Of a stretch of 64,000 nucleotides of DNA, positions 38,907-48,341 are shown piece by piece (position 1 is the first letter of the stretch; each line of letters opens with the position of its first letter). The stretch is from assembly GCA_964434995.1 (NCBI GenBank), contig CAYSXO010000001.1:14900-78899 (forward strand), written 5' to 3'. A model generated the notes under the pieces. It saw only the letters and a list, made by a program, of their open reading frames with translations, was not told the DNA's origin and did not search any database. Source of the stretch: an uncultured Sphaerobacteraceae bacterium (GTDB taxonomy: Bacteria > Chloroflexota > Chloroflexia > Thermomicrobiales > UBA6265). The position numbers and the translations under genes were made by a program.

Positions 38907-40314
38907 TTCCAGCGCCCAGTTGGCGCGGGCCGATTTCGTTCCGTAGTTCGAGGGCAGTTGAGCGTCCAGCAATTCGCCCCAGGCCCAAAGCGCCCAAGAG
39001 GCCATTCCCAGACGAGTAACCACGGCCGCCACGCTGCCCGCTCACTCCCGCCGCGGCACCGCCCCCCGCAAACAGGTTGGCAACCGGCGTACCGTTGGAA
39101 CTCAGCACCCGCCCCCGCTCATCGACACACAGACCGCCTTGCGTCGCGTTTAGACCAGCGACTACTTCACACGCCACCCATGGGCCCGCCAGCGGCGCCA
39201 GGCCAAAGTCGTCTCGTCCCCAGGCATCAATAGTCCGATCAGACGCGCAAGCATTATACGTGTCAATGGTTTCTGCCAGACCAGCTGCGTCGATCGCGCA
39301 GGCTTCGCCTAGCGATTCCAGCGTGGCAAATGTCCGCACCGCACCCATCTTAACCAGCTCGGAGAACTTGGGCTCGTGTGTAGCCACTGTATCTCGAATA
39401 CGGGCGTCAAAGATAATATGGACACCGCCGCCTTGTGCCAGAACCTCGGCGGCAAACCCCGAGTAGCCGACAAGTTCGTTGCCGAACCGGCCCCCAGACC
39501 GGTTCACGGCCAGCCCGCCCTTTTCCACCACCGTCCAGGATAGAGGCAGTCTGCTCGGCACACAGTACACCGCATAGCCGTTATAGGCACCGATGTTACC
39601 AAGCCTGGCTCCGAGTTGCTGCCCCCACACCACCGCCTCACCCGTGGCACCCGGCGCACCAAAGTAGGAGGCGCTGGCCATCTCCGGCGCAAACTGGGCC
39701 ACCAGGTCGCTGTTCCCAGCATAGCCGCCGCTCGCCAAGACGACCTTCTGGGCGCGGCAGTGTTGTTGCAACCCATCGGGCCGATCAAAGACGACTCCCA
39801 ACACCGCCTCATGCGGACCTGTGATCAATTCGCGGGCTGACCAGCCCGTGTGGACGCGAATATCGCGATCGTGTACAGCCTGGAGCAGGACGTCCATGAC
39901 CTCAGCCCCAGTGCGCGACGCAGGGGCATGCAGGCGATTAACCGAATGCCCTACATGGCGAAAGTCCGTAATCAGCCGCAGTTCGAGGCCAACGGTGTCT
40001 ACCAGCCACTCGACGAGTGCGGCCGACTCCTCTGTCAGAACTCGAGCCAGCCCTTCCATATCATGCGGGCCGCTTTGTCGCAACAGGTCGCGATAGTATC
40101 GCTCAGGAGAATCGTCGATGCCGGCGGCGCGCTGGAAACGCGTACCGGCCCCCGGGATCGAGCCAGCACTGAGGCGGGTCGTGCCACCGACAGTAGGCAG
40201 CTTTTCGAAAATGTGGACCCGGGCGCCTAGGTCGTGGGCCACCACTGCCGCGACGAGCCCGCAGCCTCCAGCACCTACCACCAGCACATCGATAGCTTCA
40301 TCCCAGATAGCCAT
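38899..40314 (-). CDS. FAD-dependent oxidoreductase (fumarate-reductase/KstD-type FAD_binding_2 flavoprotein)
   Basis: 471-aa ORF. 'IDVLVVGAGGCGLVAAVVAHDLGARVHIFEKLPTVGGTT' is followed by a C-terminal 'LFAGGGAAAG' block. Confidence 0.75.
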   Translation of the reverse strand: MAIWDEAIDVLVVGAGGCGLVAAVVAHDLGARVHIFEKLPTVGGTTRLSAGSIPGAGTRFQRAAGIDDSPERYYRDLLRQSGPHDMEGLARVLTEESAALVEWLVDTVGLELRLITDFRHVGHSVNRLHAPASRTGAEVMDVLLQAVHDRDIRVHTGWSARELITGPHEAVLGVVFDRPDGLQQHCRAQKVVLASGGYAGNSDLVAQFAPEMASASYFGAPGATGEAVVWGQQLGARLGNIGAYNGYAVYCVPSRLPLSWTVVEKGGLAVNRSGGRFGNELVGYSGFAAEVLAQGGGVHIIFDARIRDTVATHEPKFSELVKMGAVRTFATLESLGEACAIDAAGLAETIDTYNACASDRTIDAWGRDDFGLAPLAGPWVACEVVAGLNATQGGLCVDERGRVLSSNGTPVANLFAGGGAAAGVSGQRGGRGYSSGNGLLGALGLGRIAGRSTALELRNEIGPRQLGAGNA

Positions 40315-40329
40315 TGCAAGTGCGCTTGA

Positions 40330-41754
40330 TCAAAGCCCGGACCCGGTCGCAGAGGCATGACGTGGTTGATAGCGGCCCCAGCCGGGCTGCCCAACAATCT
40401 CGCCGTCCTGCATCTGCACCTGGCCCCGTACCATGGTCAGCACTGGCCAGCCATGCAACGCTGCACCCTCGTAAACGCTGAAATCGGCGCTTGAGCGCAG
40501 GTATGCGGGTGTCGCAGGGCATACCCGGTCGAGCTCCACGATGGCCAAATCAGCATCGCACCCAACCATGAGGGTGCCCTTGCGTGGCAGTAGATTGAAG
40601 CATCGGGCTGGTCCGTATGCCGTTGCCATCGCCACGTCGAGCAATGACCACCGCCCATGATGCACAGCGTCAAGCATAATCGGCAGCAGGGTGGCCGTTC
40701 CGGCGAAGCCCGGGGCGCCCTGCCAGATGGTCGGTCCTTTTAGGGCACGTGTGACTCCGGCGTGGTCGCTGCCCACGGCATCGACCGTCCCGTCTCGGAG
40801 ACCGTCCCACAGGGCGGCGTTATCAGCCGCTTCACGCAGGGGCGGGTTCACTTTGCCGAGTAACCCCAGGTCGCTGTGCTTAGTCAATGTCAGATGGTGA
40901 GGGCAGACTTCAATAAAAACCTTGTTGGTCCCACGTTGTCGGTGCTCACGACAGACTGCAAGCCCCTTCGCACAGCTAAGGTGCGGAATGTAGACTGGGC
41001 AGTTCGCTTGCTCACCTAAGTAGAGTGCCCGCCGGATATTCTCCGCTTCGGCGAAGTCCGGCCGCGACTCGCTCCAAGCCGCGAGATCCTGTCGCCCTGT
41101 TGCTTCGACCGTTGGTCGCACACGGTCGATAACATCGATGTTTTCTGGGTGTACCATCACCATGCCGCCAGGGATGCCAGCGACGTTGAGCATTGCCTGG
41201 TAGAGCAGGCCATCATCATAACGGTTGCTGGCATTACCCGAAGCGGCGGCGTCAACCCCACGATACGACATGTAGAACTTGAAGGACGTGATGCCGTAAA
41301 GCCGATAGTAGTCAGGAATTTGCTGGACTTGTTGGTCGTTGAGGATGCCCAGACTGTAGGCAAAGTCGACGCGGGAGTTCTCCTCGCCAGCCCGGCGCAT
41401 CTCGTCAAAGATGTCGGTGTAAGGCTGCTCATTGCGATAGGTGTTGATCAGTGTGGTCACACCGCCGATGAGCGCTGAGGCAGACTCGCTAGCATACTGG
41501 CTTGGCAGCGCGTCTAGCGGCATGCCGCGGTGACCAGCATAGCCGATGTGGGTGTGAGGGTCGATGACGCCCGGCAGCACAACCCGGCCTCGTGCATCAA
41601 TTGCCTGTTTTGCTTGCGCCTGCCCCGGCTGAACGATCCCAGTGATCCGGCCCTCCGTGATGAGCAGATCCACGTCAAAGATACCTAAGGGCGGAATCAC
41701 TACCCGGCCACCGATCACGGCCATGTCCGGCTGCGTTATCGTCGCTGTGCTCAC
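40330..41754 (-). CDS. Cyclic amidohydrolase: D-hydantoinase/dihydropyrimidinase
   Basis: GTG start at 41754. Metal-ligand pattern: 'GVIDPHTHIGY' (HxH), 'ITSFKFYMSY' (carboxylated Lys), 'VMVHPEN', 'YIPHLS' and 'VGSDHAG'. Confidence 0.85.
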   Translation of the reverse strand: MSTATITQPDMAVIGGRVVIPPLGIFDVDLLITEGRITGIVQPGQAQAKQAIDARGRVVLPGVIDPHTHIGYAGHRGMPLDALPSQYASESASALIGGVTTLINTYRNEQPYTDIFDEMRRAGEENSRVDFAYSLGILNDQQVQQIPDYYRLYGITSFKFYMSYRGVDAAASGNASNRYDDGLLYQAMLNVAGIPGGMVMVHPENIDVIDRVRPTVEATGRQDLAAWSESRPDFAEAENIRRALYLGEQANCPVYIPHLSCAKGLAVCREHRQRGTNKVFIEVCPHHLTLTKHSDLGLLGKVNPPLREAADNAALWDGLRDGTVDAVGSDHAGVTRALKGPTIWQGAPGFAGTATLLPIMLDAVHHGRWSLLDVAMATAYGPARCFNLLPRKGTLMVGCDADLAIVELDRVCPATPAYLRSSADFSVYEGAALHGWPVLTMVRGQVQMQDGEIVGQPGWGRYQPRHASATGSGL

Positions 41755-41793
41755 GAGCGCCTCATTCCTGTCTCTGGTCCTGGCCCCAAATCA

Positions 41794-42660
41794 CTATTCG
41801 GTGAGCGGCCCATAGAGGTCGGGCCGGCGATCGCGAAACACCGGCCACAGGCGGCGCTGGGTTTCGAGCAGTTCCCGGTCAATCTCGGCCACCACCACCT
41901 CGTCGCCCTCCGTGCCGGCCTGAACAACAACTTCACCGCGCGGATTGACAATCAGGCTGCAGCCGAAGTACCTGTTGGCGGGGGAGCCGCCATCTTCCAG
42001 GCCGACCTTATTGACCCCGCACACATAGTAGGCGTTGGCAAAGGCATGGGCGCGCAGTTCGAGTTCCCACGCCCAGCGCATGGGTTCCCGCCAGGTAGCA
42101 GTCGGAACGAACAAGATGTCTGCGCCACGCAACGCCAACACCCGCGCTGCCTCAGGGTAGTGCCGATCGTAGCAGATGAGAATACCAAGCTTCACGCCGT
42201 ACTCAGTCTCGAACACCGGAAAGCCCAAATTGCCAGGGCGGAAATACATCTTCTCGTTGGCATTCACGCCGTTGTTCCCAACTGATAAGGGGATGCTGTT
42301 CTTGCGATACAGTCCAGCCATCTCGCCACGCGAATTCACGATAAAAGCGCTGTTGAAGTAGTTGGGACCTTCAGCCTTCTCGTAGACACTACACACGATG
42401 GTCAGCTGCATTTCGCGCGCGATATCGCCTACGGCCAGAGTTGTCGGTCCCGGGATCGGCTCAGCCAACCCGAAGTTATTGGGGTTCGACTCCCAGCAGA
42501 AGTAAGTTGTGTTGCAGAGCTCGGGAAAACACACGATCGAGGCGCCAAGGTCACGTGCGCGGGCAGCCATCTCGCGGAATATACCGAGGTTCTTGCTTTT
42601 GTCATTGCTCGAACCAAACTGCGCTACAGCGACGCGCAGGGGCGGGGTGTTAGTTGCCAT
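41794..42660 (-). CDS. Carbon-nitrogen hydrolase (N-carbamoyl-D-amino-acid hydrolase / beta-ureidopropionase-like)
   Basis: 288-aa ORF with the nitrilase-superfamily E-K-C triad contexts 'IVCFPELC', 'LYRKNSIP' and 'GILICYDRHYPE'. Confidence 0.8.
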   Translation of the reverse strand: MATNTPPLRVAVAQFGSSNDKSKNLGIFREMAARARDLGASIVCFPELCNTTYFCWESNPNNFGLAEPIPGPTTLAVGDIAREMQLTIVCSVYEKAEGPNYFNSAFIVNSRGEMAGLYRKNSIPLSVGNNGVNANEKMYFRPGNLGFPVFETEYGVKLGILICYDRHYPEAARVLALRGADILFVPTATWREPMRWAWELELRAHAFANAYYVCGVNKVGLEDGGSPANRYFGCSLIVNPRGEVVVQAGTEGDEVVVAEIDRELLETQRRLWPVFRDRRPDLYGPLTE

Positions 42661-42712
42661 GTATCATCTCTCCCAAATACTGGTTTCGTCTCGCAATGGT
42701 TTCTGGCCATCG

Positions 42713-43741
42713 CTACCAGGTTTCTGGCGCGAACATCCGGATGATTTCTTCAACATCCTCCTGCTCAGTAATCAGAATGGGGTAGGATGCGCCTGCATCT
42801 ACGTATTCCTGGATTCGCTGGCGCACATCGTCTTCCGACCCGAAGGCGATTAGCGACCGGGCGAGATCATCCGGCACCATCTCAGTGGCAGCTTCCAGGC
42901 CTCCTTGTTTCGGCGGCCATCCGCCCATCACATCCCAGATCTCCGCAAGTTGTGCCTCGCTAAGGCCGCTCGCCTTGCGTACATGCGGCTGTGCCCCCAA
43001 ATAGCGTGCCACCTTCCGCTTGACCGCCAGCCATGACTCCGGGCCACGATCCAGGGCCACGTAGACAAGTTTAGGCATTTCGACGGTGGCCGGGTCGCGC
43101 CCTGCGCGTAGCGCACCGGCCCGAATCCGCTCTGCAGCATGGCGCATGTAGTCGGTCGAAAAGACCGCGTTGACCACGGCACCGTCGGCGATTTCGCCTG
43201 TGAGTTCAAGCATCTTGTCACCGCTTGGCCCTAGGTAGATCGGAATGACGGACGGATCAGTGTAGTGGTCCTTGCCATAGTGCATTTGGGCAGCGTTCGC
43301 CGCGTCCAGGCACAGATTTCTCACTTTGACGACCTCGCCCTCGAAGGTGACGGTCTCAAGGCGAAACAAGCGCCGTAGCACTTCAACATACTCGCGCATG
43401 GCGGTGAGCGGCTTAACCATGGTGATGCCCTGGTTAGAGGCCAGCGGATCCCAGTATGCGCCCAAACCCACCGCCACCCGCCCTGGTGCCAACTCGTTCA
43501 GAGTGGCCCATGTTACTGCGGTCAGGCCTGGTCCACGCGTCCAGTTATTGGTCACACCCGGACCAAGCAGCATGCGTTTGGTCGAATTGGCCAGCAGGGC
43601 CAGCCCGGTCACCGCGTCGCGGGCCATCCTCGGCTCACTGACCCACAATGAAAAGTACCCCAGCTCTTCCGCCAGTTGCCCAAGACGCACATACTCACGG
43701 ATGTGGGGTTTGTCTGAAAACAAGAAGCCGATGCGATCCAT
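42713..43741 (-). CDS. Luciferase-like (LLM-class) flavin/F420-dependent oxidoreductase
   Basis: The ATG at 43741 gives 'MDRIGFLFSD...LAEELGYFSLWVSE', a typical LLM start, and 'GRVAVGLGA' follows. The tracked start at 43834 overlaps the permease gene. Confidence 0.8.
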   Translation of the reverse strand: MDRIGFLFSDKPHIREYVRLGQLAEELGYFSLWVSEPRMARDAVTGLALLANSTKRMLLGPGVTNNWTRGPGLTAVTWATLNELAPGRVAVGLGAYWDPLASNQGITMVKPLTAMREYVEVLRRLFRLETVTFEGEVVKVRNLCLDAANAAQMHYGKDHYTDPSVIPIYLGPSGDKMLELTGEIADGAVVNAVFSTDYMRHAAERIRAGALRAGRDPATVEMPKLVYVALDRGPESWLAVKRKVARYLGAQPHVRKASGLSEAQLAEIWDVMGGWPPKQGGLEAATEMVPDDLARSLIAFGSEDDVRQRIQEYVDAGASYPILITEQEDVEEIIRMFAPETW

Positions 43742-43781
43742 ATGACAATTGTCCTTCCTTGGATAGTAACGAGTGCCAAGC

Positions 43782-44699
43782 TCAGGCGCTCCGTTCGCGT
43801 TGGGCTGGATCGAGAGCGACGCGTAAGCCGTCACTAAGTAAGCTCAAGCCAATGTTGTTGACCGTCAGAAGCACGCCGGGCGCCCAGAGCAGCATCGGGA
43901 GCAAGTGCATGAATCGGCGCCCCTCCGCCACTAACAGACCAAGTTCGGCGGTAGGAGGCTGGACGCCAAGCCCAAAGAAGCTAAGCGAGGCGGCTATTAG
44001 TAGACCGCCGCCGATCATGACTGGTAGCAAGGTAAAAGCGGGCGCCAGAACATTTGGCAGAAGATAAGAAACCATAATGCGCGCAGGACTTGCGCCCAGG
44101 ACGATGCCGCCCTCTACAAATTCCTGGTTGACAAGACCCTTGGTGGTTGCATGGGCGACGCGAACGAAGGCTGGAAAGCCCCGCAGGATAAGGGTTACGG
44201 TCACCGCCAGGGATCCCGGACCAATTAGGGCCGCGATCACAAGCGCCAAAACCAGGTTGGGTACTGCCAACACGATATCCATCAGTCGCAGCAGCGCAGT
44301 TTCCCATATTCCCCCTGCATAGCCAGCCAGTAGACCACAGGCAACTCCAAGCGCCATCGCAAATAACGTACTTGACAGAGACACGGCCCAACTCGTACGG
44401 AGACCAAGGGTTAGGCGCGCCGCGTAATCCCGTCCAGCTTGATCAGTTCCCAACCAGTGGTCGGTCGAAGGCGCGAGCATCGCCTTGCCCAAGTTTTGGT
44501 CCAGGTCGGCGCGCTCAATGAACGACGGCCCCAATCCAGCAATGAGCAGTAACCCGCCCACAATGAGCAGACCAAGTCGCCCCCGTGGATGGCGCCACAC
44601 ACGTCTTAGGGGTGCCAGGCTCTTGATCGGCCGCAGCTTACCAGCCGGCACCTGGTGCGCTGAGCGAGATTGCATGGCTCCCATTATCTTGTCGGTCAT
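43782..44699 (-). CDS. ABC transporter permease (OppC/DppC-like)
   Basis: 305-aa polytopic ORF with ATGA overlap with the upstream permease. It has the EAA-type loop 'FVEGGIVLGASPARIMVSYLLPN'. Confidence 0.9.
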   Translation of the reverse strand: MTDKIMGAMQSRSAHQVPAGKLRPIKSLAPLRRVWRHPRGRLGLLIVGGLLLIAGLGPSFIERADLDQNLGKAMLAPSTDHWLGTDQAGRDYAARLTLGLRTSWAVSLSSTLFAMALGVACGLLAGYAGGIWETALLRLMDIVLAVPNLVLALVIAALIGPGSLAVTVTLILRGFPAFVRVAHATTKGLVNQEFVEGGIVLGASPARIMVSYLLPNVLAPAFTLLPVMIGGGLLIAASLSFFGLGVQPPTAELGLLVAEGRRFMHLLPMLLWAPGVLLTVNNIGLSLLSDGLRVALDPAQRERSA

Positions 44700-45625
44700 G
44701 CGCCTAGGCGAATGCGCGGATCGACTAGGCCATAGGTAAATTCCAGGCTGAGGTTGATGAGCACAAAGCCAACCCCAATGGTCAATAGCAGCCCTTGCAG
44801 CAAAGGATAGTCCCGCGACAAGGCAGCTGTCACAGTCAGTTGACCAAGCCCATTCCAGGCAAAAATCGTCTCAGTAATAGCAGCGCCACCAAATAGCAGC
44901 CCGGCCTGGGTGCCCATATAGGCCAACGTGGGCAGCAACGCGTTCCGCAGTGCGTGTACAGCCAGAATGCGCCATTCACCCACCCCTTTGGCACGCGCCA
45001 TCCAAATGTAGTCTTTGCTTAGGATCTCAGCCAAGGAGCTGCGTGTGATTTGTGCGATGGGCCCCATCAAAAAAAACGACAAGACCAACGCTGGCAAAAT
45101 TAAGTGGCGAGCTGTATCCTGACCGCCGGTGGGCAGCACGCGCCAGCGCACTGCAAACAAGTCAATGGACACGAGTGCCACCCAGAATACCGGTGTTCCA
45201 TACGCCAAGATGGCGGTGACGTTGATTGCCGAGTCGGCCAGTGAACCGGGGCGCCGGGCGGCCACCACTGCAAGCGCCAAACCAAGAGAGAGTGATAACA
45301 ACAGGGCGGCACCACTCAGTACCAGGGTGCGGCCGATGCGCTGCTGAATTTCGACCCACACGGGCTGATACGTCCGTAGAGACTTTCCCAAGTCGCCCAC
45401 AGCCAGCCGTTGCAGATAACGCACGACCTGGACATGCAAGGGCTGATCCAAGCCCATTTCCTGGCGCACGCGCTCGACATCTTCAACCGTGGCCAGTTCA
45501 CCAGCCACCGCCCGGGCGGGGTCGCCCGGCAATAGGCGGATCAGCACAAAGACCGCCAGCACCAGCACCAATACCGTCAACAAGCCTTGACCAGTGTGAG
45601 TCACCACGCGCGTCAGGTGAGACAC
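44696..45625 (-). CDS. ABC transporter permease (OppB/DppB-like)
   Basis: A GTG at 45625 is preceded by GGAGGA (45635-45630). 'FVLIRLLPGDP' is the typical N-terminal block, and the EAA loop reads 'YIWMARAKGVGEWRILAVHALRN'. Confidence 0.9.
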   Translation of the reverse strand: MSHLTRVVTHTGQGLLTVLVLVLAVFVLIRLLPGDPARAVAGELATVEDVERVRQEMGLDQPLHVQVVRYLQRLAVGDLGKSLRTYQPVWVEIQQRIGRTLVLSGAALLLSLSLGLALAVVAARRPGSLADSAINVTAILAYGTPVFWVALVSIDLFAVRWRVLPTGGQDTARHLILPALVLSFFLMGPIAQITRSSLAEILSKDYIWMARAKGVGEWRILAVHALRNALLPTLAYMGTQAGLLFGGAAITETIFAWNGLGQLTVTAALSRDYPLLQGLLLTIGVGFVLINLSLEFTYGLVDPRIRLGA

Positions 45626-45650
45626 GTATTCCTCCGTGTCGCAGGCGGCC

Positions 45651-45699
45651 CTAGCCGGATGTCCGGTAGCCCATGCTGGACTGTCGGACATCCGGCTAG
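45651..45699 (-). promoter_or_regulatory. Intercistronic stem-loop: perfect 15-bp inverted repeat (CTAGCCGGATGTCCG / CGGACATCCGGCTAG) with a 19-nt loop, between the SBP and permease genes
   Basis: Read directly: the arms are 45651-45665 and 45685-45699. It lies between the SBP stop (45728) and the permease RBS/GTG (45635/45625). No U-run follows it on the transcript, so it is more likely an mRNA stabiliser or processing site than a full terminator. Confidence 0.6.
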
Positions 45700-45727
45700 A
45701 GATCTCACACCGGCGGAGGCTGGACCG

Positions 45728-47416
45728 TTATGGGTTCGCGAAGTAGGCGAAAGCGATCGGGTGAAGATCATTCGGATAGAGCGTGACGTTGAGGTTCGCA
45801 ACCTTGCTGGCTACGAGTTGAAGCTGCGGGCCGGGTACAACGGGCACATCATTCCACATCATGCGCTGGGCCTCCTCAATTAGGGCCGCCCGCGACGCGG
45901 GATCAGCTTCGCCCAGTGCTTCCTCAATTTTGGCCCAACTATCGGCATTACTGTAGAAGCTAAAGTTGCAGCAGGCCGGCGGGGTAGCACGTTCAGTAAA
46001 CGACAGATCCAGGAACGCGGCACCATCCTGAAAGTCAATCTGGAACGGCACAGCGATCACTTCGTTGTTGTTGGGTGAGTTCTCATCCACCAGTACCCCA
46101 TAGAACGTGCCGCGGTCCATCGGCTGCTCTTCCACTTCAATGCCAATCGCTCGCCAAAAGCCGGCGACTGCTGACGCGATGTCCTGGTCGCCGTTATAAA
46201 CGCCACCAGTGGTGTGCGCGAGTTTGACGTGCAATGCGTCACCCTCGCTATTGCGCAGCACCCCGCTACCGTCTTGGGTCCAACCCGCGGCTTCCAGCAA
46301 TTCTAGCGCCGTGGCCGTATTGTACTCGTAGACCGGATCAACTTCGACGGAGCCCAGGTGTTTCTCGGGCACCAGCGAGTACCGAGTGATGGCATATCCC
46401 TGGAACGCCACCCGCACGAGTGCCTCCTGGTCCACGGCATGGTTCAGGGCTTGGCGCACCCGGACATCCGACAAGTGCGGCTGATTGGCGTTGATGTAGA
46501 AGTGCCATTGTCGCAACGACGGGGCCGTGACGACCTCAAGGTCAACATCCGCCTCGATTTGGCTCACGTCGAGCACTGATTGGTACAGATTCAGGTCGGC
46601 CTCGCCTGCCAAAAGGCGCGACGTGCGAGCGCTGTCATCAGCCACGGTATCAATCACGATACGATCCAGAACAACTTCATCCGCCCTTGGGCCCGCATAC
46701 TCGGGCCATCGCTCCATCACGATTCGTTCCCGCGGGACGAATTCGGTGAGCCGAAACGGGCCGGTCCCAGCCGGCAGATTGAGGCCCAGTTCGAGGTAAT
46801 GCTCCTCAATATCCTTCTGACTAAGCATGTAGTGGAAACCTTCGCCCATGGTGTTCGGCAAAGGCGGATAAGGCCGGCTGAGCCTAAATTCAACGGTAGT
46901 CTCGTCCAATGCCACCACATCTTCAATGGCCTGAAGGCGTGAACGGGTGACATGGGTGAATTCCGGATCAAGCCAGCGGTCAACATTTGCAACGACCGTT
47001 TCGGCATTGAAAGGAGTGCCATCGTGGAATACGACTCCCTCCTTGAGATTGAAGACCCAGGTCAACCCATCCTCCGACACATCCCAACTTGTGGCCAAGA
47101 GCGGTTCGATAGCCCCCGTGTCGGGATTGATCTGGGTAAGACCCTGCAGTACTGGGCTCATCAAACCACGCGCCAGTCCTCGGCCAGAGGTAGCCGGGTC
47201 AAACAACGACACGTCGACACCCCAGACGATTCGAAGCGTGCCACCAGCCTGCGGTCCGCTGGTATCGACCGTCGGTTCAGGGGCAGATGTGGCCTGGCTT
47301 GTCGGGGGGGCAGCTGTTGGAGTCGCGCCGCTACAGGCGGCCAGCAACGCCAAGAGAACAACCCCCAGCAGGACGCGATACCCTAGCCTACGAAGTGGTA
47401 CGGTAGCGTGGCGCAT
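45728..47416 (-). CDS. ABC transporter substrate-binding lipoprotein (family 5, peptide/nickel type)
   Basis: An ATG at 47416 is preceded by GGAGGAG. The signal peptide has the lipobox 'LLALLAACSG'. This is a family-5 SBP-sized mature protein (about 540 aa). Confidence 0.9.
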   Translation of the reverse strand: MRHATVPLRRLGYRVLLGVVLLALLAACSGATPTAAPPTSQATSAPEPTVDTSGPQAGGTLRIVWGVDVSLFDPATSGRGLARGLMSPVLQGLTQINPDTGAIEPLLATSWDVSEDGLTWVFNLKEGVVFHDGTPFNAETVVANVDRWLDPEFTHVTRSRLQAIEDVVALDETTVEFRLSRPYPPLPNTMGEGFHYMLSQKDIEEHYLELGLNLPAGTGPFRLTEFVPRERIVMERWPEYAGPRADEVVLDRIVIDTVADDSARTSRLLAGEADLNLYQSVLDVSQIEADVDLEVVTAPSLRQWHFYINANQPHLSDVRVRQALNHAVDQEALVRVAFQGYAITRYSLVPEKHLGSVEVDPVYEYNTATALELLEAAGWTQDGSGVLRNSEGDALHVKLAHTTGGVYNGDQDIASAVAGFWRAIGIEVEEQPMDRGTFYGVLVDENSPNNNEVIAVPFQIDFQDGAAFLDLSFTERATPPACCNFSFYSNADSWAKIEEALGEADPASRAALIEEAQRMMWNDVPVVPGPQLQLVASKVANLNVTLYPNDLHPIAFAYFANP

Positions 47417-47535
47417 GTCTCTCCTCCAGTTTTTGGGTTGTGAACTGACGGCCCTATCAGGTGTTCGCCCCGACCAGATGAACGTAATGTTCACCATTTG
47501 GATGGGTTTCGCCTACAGGAACCAAGGGCTTTCTG

Positions 47536-47599
47536 ACTGTCCCATTTAGTGGGACAGTTGTATCGTAAATAGAATAGCACAGTATTCGTTGTAGGGCAA
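47536..47599 (-). promoter_or_regulatory. Putative sigma70-like promoter (TTGCCC-N17-TATTCT on the minus strand) with a 9-bp inverted repeat just downstream (ACTGTCCCA-5 nt-TGGGACAGT, 47536-47558)
   Basis: The -35 is the complement of 47594-47599 and the -10 is the complement of 47571-47576, with a 17-nt spacer. The palindrome lies about 13 nt downstream of the -10, about 120 nt upstream of the SBP ATG. This makes it a candidate operator for the hydantoin/ABC operon. Confidence 0.4.
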
Positions 47600-47937
47600 T
47601 GTTTTCGTGGCAATTGGGTGCCCCGCCGAATTCGTGCTGGCGGGCATTTGCCTGACGCGGGTGACCATGTGGCGATAGGCGAAGGCACGGTAGGCCGGCT
47701 AAGCCACGACGCCAAGGGTTCACCTGGCGTTCGAGTTTGCCCAGCGGATTACCGCCGACCCGGCGCTGGTCCGCGCCGTTGTTCGTTACTTCCGCCAAAA
47801 CGCCGACGCCGACCGGGACGTGGCGCTGAAGCCGGAACGGGCACCACAATTGTGGGGCATGAGGCGATGGGGGAGAGGCCCGGCAGACAGCCACCTATGT
47901 AACGGTTCCGGCAGCGCGAATTCTAGCCGGATCTACG

Positions 47938-48341
47938 TCATCTCATCAGGATAAGGTGTCTTCTTAGAAAATCAATAATTCGTGAGGCAACGCCCAAAAC
48001 ATTCGCGGGCTGGGCGATATCATGGGCCTCACCAGGATACAGGACGAACTCGACATTCCTCCTAAGTCGCGCAGCATCTTCACAGTACGATGGGCATCTA
48101 TCGCGGGCGTTCCCAGGTCCAGGTCGCCCTGGGTCAAGAGAATTGGCCCGCGAATGTCCTTGTAGTAGGTCGAACGGGATTGGGCAACGTTCTTCTCGCG
48201 CCGATAGTAGGGCAAGCCCATGGGCCGCACCGTCCGGTTCGGCACGAAGGTTAGTTCAAAAAACTCTGTCAGGTCGTACAGCCCAGCATGGCAAACCCCA
48301 GCCCGAAAAGCTTCGGGATGTGCGCGCTTGCGTGCATCATA
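47938..48341 (-). pseudogene. C-terminal remnant of an S9/prolyl-oligopeptidase-type alpha/beta hydrolase (frameshifted, 5'-truncated)
   Basis: The minus strand reads '...HPEAFRAGVCHAGLYDLTEFFE...GPILLTQGDLDLGTPAIDAHRTVKMLRDLG'. After a 1-nt frame change near 48060 it reads 'NVEFVLYPGEAHDIAQPANVLGVASRIIDFL', the classic Asp/His end of S9 peptidases. The nucleophile region and N-terminal domain are absent. The 5' boundary is ambiguous. Confidence 0.55.

Noticed and set aside
47601-47937. The plus-strand frame reads 'FEFAQRITADPALVRAVVRYFRQNADADRDVALKPERAPQLWG', which looks protein-like. It was considered as another gene remnant.
   Set aside because: It is interrupted by three stops just upstream, I recognise no family motif, and it has no start or RBS. 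It cannot be supported without a blastx search.
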